Below, piece by piece: positions 20,632 through 28,997 of a stretch of 36,395 nt of DNA (within the stretch, counting starts at the first letter, position 1; each line of letters starts with the position of its first letter). The DNA lies in NCBI GenBank assembly GCA_041736305.1, contig JBGSTX010000332.1, positions 1 through 36,395 on the forward strand, read 5' to 3'. The position numbers and the translations under genes are program-made. This DNA comes from Oligoflexus sp. (GTDB lineage: Bacteria > Bdellovibrionota_B > Oligoflexia > Oligoflexales > Oligoflexaceae). Under the pieces are notes generated by a model. The model saw only the letters and a list, made by a program, of their open reading frames with translations. It had not been told where the DNA came from and made no database searches.

Positions 20632-23292
20632 ATGCAGGTTCTTGGCCCTGAATCCCCAGATTCTTTCGCTACTCCAGCCCCTAGAAATTCTGAGCTAGTG
20701 TGGAAGGTGCCTGAGATATTGGCCCCAGCAGGGGGCCGCGAGCAATTTTTCGCGGCGCTGCAAGCAGGGGCTGATGCAGTTTTTCTCGGCCTCAAAAACT
20801 TCAATGCACGCGGTCGCGCGGCCAACTTCACTCACGACGATCTGCGGGAGCTGCTGCCCTTGGCGCGAGCTCGTGGCATGAAGGTCTTGGTCACCCTGAA
20901 TATTCTCCTGAAGGACGCCGAGCTGCCGACTTTGATCGAAGATCTTCTGCAGCTGCAGTTCACTGGCGTCGATGCCGTAATTGTCCAGGATCTTGGCGTC
21001 GCTCGTCTCATCCGCGAGCAATTTCCTTCGCTTCGTCTCCACGCCTCGACGCAGATGGCCGTCCATAACAAAGCCGGAGTCTTAGCCGCGGCAGCTCTCG
21101 GTTTCAAACGAGTGGTTCTCGCCCGCGAACTCACAGCTCAGGAAATTCGTAAAATTCGGCGTGAAGTACCGGCTGAGCTCATCGAGATCGAAGCCTTCTG
21201 CCACGGCAGCCTATGCTATAGCTACAGTGGGCTCTGTTTCTTTTCAGGGGCCGAAGACGCTCGCAGCGGAAATCGCGGTGAATGCGCCTATACCTGCCGC
21301 AAGCCTTATAAAGTTCTCAATGAACCTGGGCATGGCTTTCTTTTCAGTATGAAGGACCTCGATACGAGTCTCAGTCTCGATAAGCTGGTCTATGCGGGAG
21401 TCGATACCCTCAAGATTGAAGGCCGTAAGAAGGATGCTCAGTATGTAGCGACGACCGTCGGCCTATACCGGCAGCAGCTCAACGAGCTCTTCGGTCGAGA
21501 CACGGCCCGCGGTTTGACCAGTCCTCAGCGCAACTTCAGGCAGGATATGGCCTTTAGTTTTCATCGGGAAACGACCAGCCTTTTCGTGTCGGGTCGCTAT
21601 CACGAGAACGTCATAGACCTCGCTAATCCAACTCACGTCGGACTTAAAATCGGTCCTATAAAGGCCGTAAGAGATGGATTTATTGAACTTGAGACCAGCG
21701 AAGACCTCGAGCGCTTTGATGGCCTTCGGATCCAAAGTCCGGATTCGCTCTATCACGCGCTGCCTCAGCACGGCCAGAAGGTCAAGTCGACGATGAAGGC
21801 TGCTTCGAAAAAATATGAAAATTCTCTGCAGCAATTCTCGCTCCGAGATTTTTTCATTGGCAGCGCGAGAGTGAGTAGTGCGAAGAAGGGCTCAGAGGTT
21901 CGAATTCTTCTTCCGAGCGACATGCCAGCTCCTAGGGCTGGCGATTTCGTCTATAAAATTCGTTCCAACGAGCTCAAGCGCCACACAGATGAAATGGCCC
22001 AGGCTCCGGTAGGCAGTCGCTTGCGGCCCCTGGGTTATTTTCAGTTGGAAATACGCCTGGTCCCCCCTGCTGATGGGTCTGATCTGCTGAGAATTGAAGC
22101 CCATGCCTCCCTCGCTGCCAGCAAGCTCTGCAGTGCAGTCCTGGATTGGCCGGCTGAGCGTCCCCGCAGCAGCTCGCGCCTTCCAGCTGATCTCCACGAA
22201 GTCTTCTCTATATTCGGTGATCTAGAGCTAGAGGCCGAGCTGAACATAGTCACGAGTGATAATGATTGGTTCGTACCAAAGAGTCGTCTCAAAGAGCTTA
22301 AGCATCGTCTGGGACTCAGCCTGGACATAGCGATCGCAGACTTCGAGAGTGCGCGTCGCGAGAGTGCCAATGCCTTCGTTAACGCTGCCCGCCGGGATCT
22401 GGGTCGCAGCCAGGAAGCAGCAGGGGCGACAAGCTTCCAGATCAAAATCGACCGCCTCGAGTATCTGCCGCTGCTTGCTGCCTATCGGGATCAGGCAAAA
22501 GATTTCAATTGGGACGAGCTCATTTTCGAACCCAAGCGTGCTTTCCTCGGCACTCAACGTCCGCTTGAGACCTTCACTATTCTCAGACGATTCGCCGAAG
22601 AGCATGAGCTCAAGCTGAGACTAGCTCTCCCGACCGTCATCAGAGCCTGGGACGAGCCTCTTTTGACGCTTTGGATTGACGCCTTCACGGCCCAGGGAGG
22701 TAGAGCGTTCGAACTCGGTAATCTGGGCTGCTTTACTCTCTTGAAAGAGCAAGGTCTCTCGCTTGAATCCCTGGATCTCAGTGGTGACTTCACTCTCTAC
22801 GGACTCAATACGGAGGCGATTCTGAGCCTCAGCGAGCTTGGGCTTCGCCGCTGCGCGCTTTCGGTAGAAGACGACGCTCTCAGTCTTCAGGATAAGCTCA
22901 CCCGTTGGCCCGAGGCAGCCGGCGAGCCTCAGCTCATTCTCTACAAAGATACCCCTCTCTTTATAGCCGAAGCGTGCTCCCTTACAGCCCTGCACCAGGG
23001 CTGTCCTACGGCCAAGGTCTGCGGTTACCGCACCCTTGAGATAGCCAACGAAGAGAACGAACGTTTTTTCGTCGCTCATGAATCCTGTAAGTCTATCGTC
23101 TATGGAGAGGAAGCCTTTGCCTGGACCCAACATCGCCCAGCTCTCGAAAAGCAAGGCGTCCGGCTTTTTCGCGCTGATTTTCTTACGCGTCTCTACAGTG
23201 CCGATGACTTGCACCGCATCCTCTCTGCTATCGAAGCAGGAAGCCGTTTAGCGGGAACCCAGAGTGCTAATTTTTCGAGAGAATTGCTTTGA
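20632..23292 (+). CDS. Long U32-family Fe-S hydroxylase (RlhA/DUF3656-type architecture)
   Basis: PEILAPAG, GADAVF.G, HASTQM, LAREL, CX6CX15CX3C (HGSLC..C..NRGEC...C), LKIEGR. Start uncertain by about 25 codons. Confidence 0.88.
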   Translation: MQVLGPESPDSFATPAPRNSELVWKVPEILAPAGGREQFFAALQAGADAVFLGLKNFNARGRAANFTHDDLRELLPLARARGMKVLVTLNILLKDAELPTLIEDLLQLQFTGVDAVIVQDLGVARLIREQFPSLRLHASTQMAVHNKAGVLAAAALGFKRVVLARELTAQEIRKIRREVPAELIEIEAFCHGSLCYSYSGLCFFSGAEDARSGNRGECAYTCRKPYKVLNEPGHGFLFSMKDLDTSLSLDKLVYAGVDTLKIEGRKKDAQYVATTVGLYRQQLNELFGRDTARGLTSPQRNFRQDMAFSFHRETTSLFVSGRYHENVIDLANPTHVGLKIGPIKAVRDGFIELETSEDLERFDGLRIQSPDSLYHALPQHGQKVKSTMKAASKKYENSLQQFSLRDFFIGSARVSSAKKGSEVRILLPSDMPAPRAGDFVYKIRSNELKRHTDEMAQAPVGSRLRPLGYFQLEIRLVPPADGSDLLRIEAHASLAASKLCSAVLDWPAERPRSSSRLPADLHEVFSIFGDLELEAELNIVTSDNDWFVPKSRLKELKHRLGLSLDIAIADFESARRESANAFVNAARRDLGRSQEAAGATSFQIKIDRLEYLPLLAAYRDQAKDFNWDELIFEPKRAFLGTQRPLETFTILRRFAEEHELKLRLALPTVIRAWDEPLLTLWIDAFTAQGGRAFELGNLGCFTLLKEQGLSLESLDLSGDFTLYGLNTEAILSLSELGLRRCALSVEDDALSLQDKLTRWPEAAGEPQLILYKDTPLFIAEACSLTALHQGCPTAKVCGYRTLEIANEENERFFVAHESCKSIVYGEEAFAWTQHRPALEKQGVRLFRADFLTRLYSADDLHRILSAIEAGSRLAGTQSANFSRELL

Positions 23293-23405
23293 GCTCTGTC
23301 TAAGGCAGGAGAGACGGGGGGAACTGGCTTTGGCTCTGGTTTTTTGCTTCTTCTCTCAGCTAACCCCTAGATCAAAGTCGGAGCGAGCCGAGAGAGGCGC
23401 CTCAG

Positions 23406-23588
23406 CTAAGACGCCCGAAGATAAACATGGTGTAGCCGATGATAAGCGACCGAAATAAGTTCGCTCACGTCTTCACTAGGCAGAGAATATGTTTCACGAA
23501 TATAGATGGCGATCTTATCGCGCTCCATACCACCGCGCATCAAAGTGGCAATAGCTTGGACTATTCCTTTTTTTGTTTTATCTGACAT
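23406..23588 (-). CDS. Hypothetical 60-aa helical protein
   Basis: GAGGTG SD before ATG 23588, amphipathic helical pattern, intergenic position and an upstream sigma54 motif. Confidence 0.7.
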   Translation of the reverse strand: MSDKTKKGIVQAIATLMRGGMERDKIAIYIRETYSLPSEDVSELISVAYHRLHHVYLRAS

Positions 23589-23678
23589 GGTAGTCACCTC
23601 TGTTTATGCTTTGCTTTGTCTTGGCGTTTTTTTCGTTTTGCTAGCCTCTGACTCTTCACTCTTTACCCGTTCCACCTA

Positions 23679-23695
23679 TTGCAAAGAAAATGCCG
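23679..23695 (-). promoter_or_regulatory. Sigma54 promoter for the 60-aa gene
   Basis: Minus strand CGGCATTTTCTTTGCAA: GG-N10-GC with TTGCA. Confidence 0.7.
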
Positions 23696-24019
23696 CGACC
23701 AAAAAATTGCTGCTCAATTGAAAAATATTTTTCTGAGACTTACGCTAGAGCTAATGGTTAGGTGAAACTTTCTTCAGTGACTTCAGAGACAGGAAGCAAC
23801 GAGTTCGCATTTAAAATTATTTATCAGATCTTATCAAAACGTTTTCCTCGGCCAGTTATCATATGCAGACCTTATCGGTAGTTTTCTATCGAGCTATCAG
23901 CTAGAGCTTCAGCTTCTACCTGTGAAGGAGTTGGATTTAGGCGACAGTCTTATCTGAGAATGATACGGACTCCTTGGCATGACAAATACGAGCTTTTCCA
24001 AGCCTTGCCGCCTATTCCT

Positions 24020-24829
24020 TCACTCCAGAATTTCTACAGGGTCGCCTTGGTGTATGAATTCACCACCCTTACTTGTGAGGTAGGCATTCTGACCGAAGTT
24101 GATAGAGCCTTCGAAGTTGCGGTATTCGGCCAAAGTTTCTAAGGGCTCTCGCCCTTTTATACCTTTCTCTTGGTCGATGGTAATGACGAGACAGCGCTTG
24201 CAGGCTTTGTTCAAAGTGAGTTCGATATTTTTGCCAATGCGTAATCGCTTGGCTCTGTCTTCTCCAAATGGACTCCAGCCCTCAATGACGATATTAGGCC
24301 GAAAGCGATCCATGGAGACCGAATCTAAACCCTTCATTTTAAGACGGTCATTAAGGTCATCGAGAGATTCTTGGCTGATTATAAGGAAGGGGTAGGCATC
24401 TGCAAAATAGAAAGGCACTTCTTGATTTTGGGCAGCCAACGACTTCACCTTGCGCGGACTGGTTTCGATGGCCTCGCAGAGGCGCAATTCTTGGCCTGTT
24501 TGCTCCAATAGGAAACGAGCGGCCTCCTCACCCCAATCGCGTGCTAAAACCTTATCACCCCAGACCACGACTTCTCTGAGGCCGCCTGAAGCAGCCATGA
24601 GCGATAGCTCACGCTCATCCATCTGCAGCCTCACCGATTCTCCATCAAAGATCGTAAAGCCCAAACGAGCCAAGCACGACAGTTGTCTTTGGCTTATAAA
24701 TCGTCCCTCCTTGTCGACCAGAACGAACGAGCGGTCACGCTCGAGGCCTCTTTCTAAAATGCGACAGGACGGGACTTCTAGTCCTTTTGCAGCTTTCAGT
24801 GGATAGATTCTTAGGGATTGAACATGCAA
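24020..24829 (-). CDS. MOSC domain protein (YcbX/mARC-like, no ferredoxin domain)
   Basis: IYPLKA, DRSF, FADAYP, RFRPNIVI, CKRC, FGQN; TTG start after GGAGG. Confidence 0.92.
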   Translation of the reverse strand: MHVQSLRIYPLKAAKGLEVPSCRILERGLERDRSFVLVDKEGRFISQRQLSCLARLGFTIFDGESVRLQMDERELSLMAASGGLREVVVWGDKVLARDWGEEAARFLLEQTGQELRLCEAIETSPRKVKSLAAQNQEVPFYFADAYPFLIISQESLDDLNDRLKMKGLDSVSMDRFRPNIVIEGWSPFGEDRAKRLRIGKNIELTLNKACKRCLVITIDQEKGIKGREPLETLAEYRNFEGSINFGQNAYLTSKGGEFIHQGDPVEILE

Positions 24830-24939
24830 GTAGGGTCTGCCTCCACATGAAGGGGTATTCAGCCTAGGAAGCTCTTGCCTGCCATGGCGATGCTAAAATT
24901 AAACTACCCTAACGGCTGTTCGCTTGAGGAATAAGCTTT

Positions 24940-25893
24940 TTGAAGCTCACCCTAGCCTCTATCATTCTAGGTCTGGCTATCAGCTCTTTAGCTAGGGCTC
25001 AAACCCCCTATACTCCGCTCAATCCATGGCAGGGGGAGCTCTTACAGCAGGGTTATGGGGCTTTCTACACTAAGTTGGAGTTGAAGGGCTTTAAAAAAGA
25101 TGCCCGAACGCGAAACTTTACGGCCAACGTTTTCTTGCATCTCTACGAACTAAAGCTCAAACAGCACTATGTCTTAAGTCAGCCTGTCGTAGAAGAAAGT
25201 CGCGAAACTTCGGTCTGGAAGATTCCAGCAGGAAATTATCTGATCTCGAAGCTTAGCTTCAATGACAACAATGGCCAGATCAGGAGCTGGACGAGCACGG
25301 GTCGTCCTGTCATAGGAATACGCACTTTCTTCTTAAGTAATCTCGGACTGATCAGGCTCGAAGCGCAGAGTAAAACAGGCCTGCGACCGGCATTCATTTC
25401 GCAGCCTAATACCTACATAGACCAGACCCAGCACGATGCGTTTGCAGGCGTTATAGATGCTTATTCGCTCAAGGTACAGGAGTCGCTCGGTGGTCGCAGT
25501 GTGCTGGTCGATGCTGGAAAAGGTTTCGGATCGAAAGACGAAATGCGGGCAGCGTTTAGTCAGGAGCGGCAGATCGCGATGTATTACAAAGTCGATCTCG
25601 CTACTCAAGATTATCTGGCGGCAAAGATTAGCAACACCGTAGGAGCTCAGGACCTGGATTTACGACGTTGCTACATGGATGAGCTCGAAAAGGATAAGAA
25701 GTTAAAGGGCAGCGTCATTTTCAATTTTAAGATCGCTGCCAGTGACGGAACGATGCGCAAGATTTTCTACCGAGGTGGCAGCATCAAGAACCCTCAGGTC
25801 ATTCAGTGTCTTTACCACGCGCTCGGACGCATGCAGTTCCCACTGGCGAAGGCGCTCGATGGTCAACTCACATTTTCATTTACTTATCGATGA
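24940..25893 (+). CDS. Secreted protein with AgmX/PglI (TonB-C-like) C-terminal domain
   Basis: Signal peptide ending ARA-Q; C-terminus LRRCYMDEL...LKGSV...F.I..DG...CL......FP....LTFSF. Confidence 0.7.
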   Translation: MKLTLASIILGLAISSLARAQTPYTPLNPWQGELLQQGYGAFYTKLELKGFKKDARTRNFTANVFLHLYELKLKQHYVLSQPVVEESRETSVWKIPAGNYLISKLSFNDNNGQIRSWTSTGRPVIGIRTFFLSNLGLIRLEAQSKTGLRPAFISQPNTYIDQTQHDAFAGVIDAYSLKVQESLGGRSVLVDAGKGFGSKDEMRAAFSQERQIAMYYKVDLATQDYLAAKISNTVGAQDLDLRRCYMDELEKDKKLKGSVIFNFKIAASDGTMRKIFYRGGSIKNPQVIQCLYHALGRMQFPLAKALDGQLTFSFTYR

Positions 25894-25914
25894 ACATAGA
25901 AAGGATCTGCACCC

Positions 25915-26235
25915 ATGAATACAGAGGAAATCAAAGAGAACGTGCGCAATGGGGAAACCTGGGAGCGGGCCATACCAATGGTAGTCTATTTCGCAGCCTA
26001 CTATTTTGTAGTCCAGGTAATTTTGAGCGCGATGATGTTGGCTCAGTTTCTCTCGCAGCTGCTGTTCCGAAAGCGTCTCGATCACCTCTTCAGCTTCAGC
26101 ATGAATCTAACCAATTACGGCCGTAATCTCTGGCTCTTCCTGACCTATACTTCGGAACGCAAGCTCTTCCCTTTTACCGATTGGGAAAGCAGCTGTCTCC
26201 TCGAAGAACCTCGCTCAGACTTCCACGGTCTCTAA
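25915..26235 (+). CDS. DUF4389-like membrane protein
   Basis: W.R.I.M, QF...LF, L..Y.....FLTY.SE...FPF.DW pattern. Confidence 0.75.
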   Translation: MNTEEIKENVRNGETWERAIPMVVYFAAYYFVVQVILSAMMLAQFLSQLLFRKRLDHLFSFSMNLTNYGRNLWLFLTYTSERKLFPFTDWESSCLLEEPRSDFHGL

Positions 26236-26256
26236 TTCCTTCAAACTACGCTCGCC

Positions 26257-26295
26257 AAAAAAAAGAAACCTTCGGCTTCCTGAGGAAGCCGAAGG
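26257..26295 (-). terminator. Rho-independent terminator for the DUF4360 gene
   Basis: CCTTCGGCTTCC-TCA-GGAAGCCGAAGG followed by TTTCTTTTTTTT on the minus strand; lies between convergent genes. Confidence 0.88.
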
Positions 26296-26337
26296 CTCAA
26301 GTTGGTCAATAGCCGTACCCGAAAAAATCAAGCTCCC

Positions 26338-26991
26338 TTAAGAGCGGCAAGGTCTCCAGTAAAGGCTGTACGAATAGCGCTGGCGAAGTTCGCCGTCGAT
26401 AGAATCGTTGGCAATGTAGCCCGTCGAACTTGTGTTGCGTGGGTCATTGACGCCAACATAGATAGCAGCATTGATGTTCAGTGCGCGCTCGATATTGCAC
26501 GGTGACCAGAGGTTCTGTGAGTTCAGACCGATGGTGTCTGTATAGGTGAAGGCGTCAGCGTAGGGACCGTTCTGACGAGATTGGAAGGTGCCTGTCTGGC
26601 CTTGGCCCTGGAAGTAGTAGCTCGTGGTGTGAGTCGCTGTTACGCCTGGATCGACGTCGATGAAACCACGGTAGTTGAAACTACCGACTGTGTACTGCCA
26701 GCCTGGAGGAATGCTCAAGACGGCGGTAAGCTGGCAATTTTTTCGATTGCTCCGTGGAGAAACATTGGGACCTGCTTCGGCTATGAACTCAGAAAAGGTC
26801 AAAGTGAAGGCTTGATTATCAGCAGAAATGTTTTCAGCAACAGTTCCGATCGGGCAGCCTGAACCATTGTACTTGATGGACTTCAGAGTTACCGAGCGAG
26901 CAGGGGGCGCCGATTGAGCAGCGGCATGACCAGCCGTCAAGAGGAGGAGCGGGAGCAAAAATCTCTTCAGATTATTTCTAACCATGCTCAT
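26338..26991 (-). CDS. Secreted DUF4360 family protein
   Basis: Signal peptide (AAA-Q), YNGSGCP.GT, RKNCQL, PGWQY, YRGF, YYFQG, WSPC, DSIDG. ATG 26991; the track's GTG 27042 abuts the promoter. Confidence 0.85.
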   Translation of the reverse strand: MSMVRNNLKRFLLPLLLLTAGHAAAQSAPPARSVTLKSIKYNGSGCPIGTVAENISADNQAFTLTFSEFIAEAGPNVSPRSNRKNCQLTAVLSIPPGWQYTVGSFNYRGFIDVDPGVTATHTTSYYFQGQGQTGTFQSRQNGPYADAFTYTDTIGLNSQNLWSPCNIERALNINAAIYVGVNDPRNTSSTGYIANDSIDGELRQRYSYSLYWRPCRS

Positions 26992-27043
26992 AAGATACCT
27001 TTCCGTCGAAGTTATGAGGAGCAATTTCCTATATGAGAACACA

Positions 27044-27061
27044 TTGCAGAGGATGTGCCAA
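27044..27061 (-). promoter_or_regulatory. Sigma54 promoter for the DUF4360 gene
   Basis: Minus strand TTGGCACATCCTCTGCAA: TGGCAC-N5-CTGCA, near consensus. Confidence 0.85.
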
Positions 27062-27297
27062 TCTTAGAAGTTTTTTAAAAACACCGCATGTGAAGACGAA
27101 TGCGTATTATTTAAAGGAGTTTACTCGTTTTAAGCAAAAATCCAAGAGGGGGATAAAAGCTGAGATTTAAGAAGATGACAAAGATTCAAAAAGATCAAAA
27201 AGAAATAGAGAGATGGGACCTAGCTATTTTTGTCAAAATGACGGCCTCAGTGTGCTGCTTTTATTCTTGCCGTCCTGACGGGTATTTTTCAACGTCC

Positions 27298-27765
27298 TTA
27301 GCCCATAAATTGCAGCAGAATCTGTGGATCTTCTTCGGATTTCAGGGATCCCTGGCAACGCTCGCAAGGCAGGACATCCATCTGTTCTTGAAGATTTTCC
27401 CGGGACACCCCGCAGAGGAAGAGATGCTTGGTCTCAAAGCCACAGCTCTCGCATTCGAAGTCGACGAAGAAAGACCTTATCGTCACCCCTCGGGAGAGAG
27501 AGGGAAGCATATTGATCTGTTGGATGAAGTGCATTGGACATTTGTCATAGGTAATTTTACGTGCGTCTAAAAGATTTTTCAGAAAATTGAACCAGGCTCG
27601 AATGCCTAGGGAATTGAAGTATTCGACTTCCGCAAAGTCGATCTTAACTTGCTTTCCCATAGCAGGTAGACAATCACTCAATACTTTGGCCGCGTGCTCG
27701 TCCATGGGCCCTTTGAGCTGCAGCTCGGTCGACTGATCTTTACTTTGGTAAGTGGCTTTCAGCAC
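27298..27765 (-). CDS. STAS-like (anti-anti-sigma) protein with C-terminal CxxC...CxxC
   Basis: LKGPMDE, IDFAEVEYFNSLGIRAW, CP..F..Q.NM, CESC...CERC; GTG 27765 after GGGAG. Confidence 0.78.
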   Translation of the reverse strand: MLKATYQSKDQSTELQLKGPMDEHAAKVLSDCLPAMGKQVKIDFAEVEYFNSLGIRAWFNFLKNLLDARKITYDKCPMHFIQQINMLPSLSRGVTIRSFFVDFECESCGFETKHLFLCGVSRENLQEQMDVLPCERCQGSLKSEEDPQILLQFMG

Positions 27766-27890
27766 ATCGACTCCCAGCAGGTAAAAGTTGCTCTCTTCGT
27801 GCAGCCTCACTTATGTAAAAATATTATCATGCTGGAAAAAGGTCCAGGCGAGTGACTCAGGCTGCTAGCCGGAAGAGCGTGCTTTTTATT

Positions 27891-28988
27891 ATGCCAGAAC
27901 TTAAGATAGAAAACATCCTTGGTAAAGCGCCGCTTCTCAGCTTCGCGATAAATCGCGAAGAGCGCATAGCGTTTATCCATGGGGGGCTTCTGGGCCAGCT
28001 TGAAATTGATCCGCAATCAGCACTCGGGCAAGCAGCTTTTCGCGTGCTCAATCTGCCGATGAAAAAGACTCATTTCCGCAAAGCCTTGCGCGGCGAGAGC
28101 TTTGCCATATCTCTCACTATCCAAGGCCGAAGCTACGAGACTCAGGTAGCGCCTTACAAAGCTGGCGATGAGATAATTGGTGTAACTGGTCTGACCATGG
28201 ATATGACCAAGCATCTCGAACTGCAGCATTTCCTCGATGAGGAGAAATACCAGCTTCTCGCCGCGCAAAGATTAAATTCTCTGGCTGGCATAGCCAGCGG
28301 CTTAGCCCACGAAATCAATAATCCGCTAATGATTATTTCTGGCTATGCGCAGCAGCTCTTTGATCTGGCTGAAAAAGGCACGCTCACCCAGGAACGAATC
28401 CTCTATACAAGCAAAAAGTTAGTAGAAACCGCCGCGCGCTGTCATCGCATCATTGAGAGTTTAAGAACTTTTGCCAGAGATGGATCGCGCGATGCCTTTC
28501 ACGGCTGTTCAGTCAACGACTGGGTCGGGGCAACGATCTCACTTTGCCAAGAAAAATTTCAGGCTTTAGGCGTAAGCCTTATATGGGAACCGCTGGCCGT
28601 GGATCTCAGCTTCGAAGGGCGACGCATTCAGCTGATTCAGGCCCTATTTAACATCTTGATCAACGCCTGCGAAGCAGCTGTACACCATGCTAAACCGCAG
28701 GTCGAAGTCGCCTGTCATCAAGAAGGAAACTTCTTAGAGCTAAGGATTAAGGACAATGGGCCTGGCATCCATGAGTCGTTTCGCGTTCAGGTTTTCGAGC
28801 CTTTTTTCACGACCAAGGATCAGTCGCGAAGCGTCGGCATAGGCCTCAGCACGGCCAAGGGAGTAGTCGAAGTTCACCACGGGCTGCTCACCTTCACGAG
28901 TCAGCCCGGGGCCACCTGCTTTCAAATCAGAATCCCTCGCCAGCAGCCTCAAATCGCCGCCTTAAAATTCGGGCCGACAGCCTCCTAG
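27891..28988 (+). CDS. Cytoplasmic sensor histidine kinase (PAS-like + HisKA + HATPase)
   Basis: AHEINNPL, NILINA, DNGPGI, FEPFFTTK, GIGLS; no TM segment seen. Start uncertain (27852 or 27891). Confidence 0.92.
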   Translation: MPELKIENILGKAPLLSFAINREERIAFIHGGLLGQLEIDPQSALGQAAFRVLNLPMKKTHFRKALRGESFAISLTIQGRSYETQVAPYKAGDEIIGVTGLTMDMTKHLELQHFLDEEKYQLLAAQRLNSLAGIASGLAHEINNPLMIISGYAQQLFDLAEKGTLTQERILYTSKKLVETAARCHRIIESLRTFARDGSRDAFHGCSVNDWVGATISLCQEKFQALGVSLIWEPLAVDLSFEGRRIQLIQALFNILINACEAAVHHAKPQVEVACHQEGNFLELRIKDNGPGIHESFRVQVFEPFFTTKDQSRSVGIGLSTAKGVVEVHHGLLTFTSQPGATCFQIRIPRQQPQIAALKFGPTAS

Positions 28989-28997
28989 GAAGCTTCA

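Noticed and set aside
23293..23405. Possible structured ncRNA between the U32 gene and the small ORF (CTCAGCTAA occurs twice)
   Set aside because: I could not derive a convincing fold or match it to 6S, SRP, tmRNA or RNase P by eye.
23589..23675. c-di-GMP-I riboswitch or 23-aa leader peptide in the A-rich leader
   Set aside because: No pairing stems for the aptamer; the GTG of the short ORF lies at or upstream of the predicted TSS and lacks an SD.
27175..27570. 131-aa plus-strand ORF
   Set aside because: Mostly antisense to the STAS gene; its start lies in an AT-rich regulatory region and it has no motifs.
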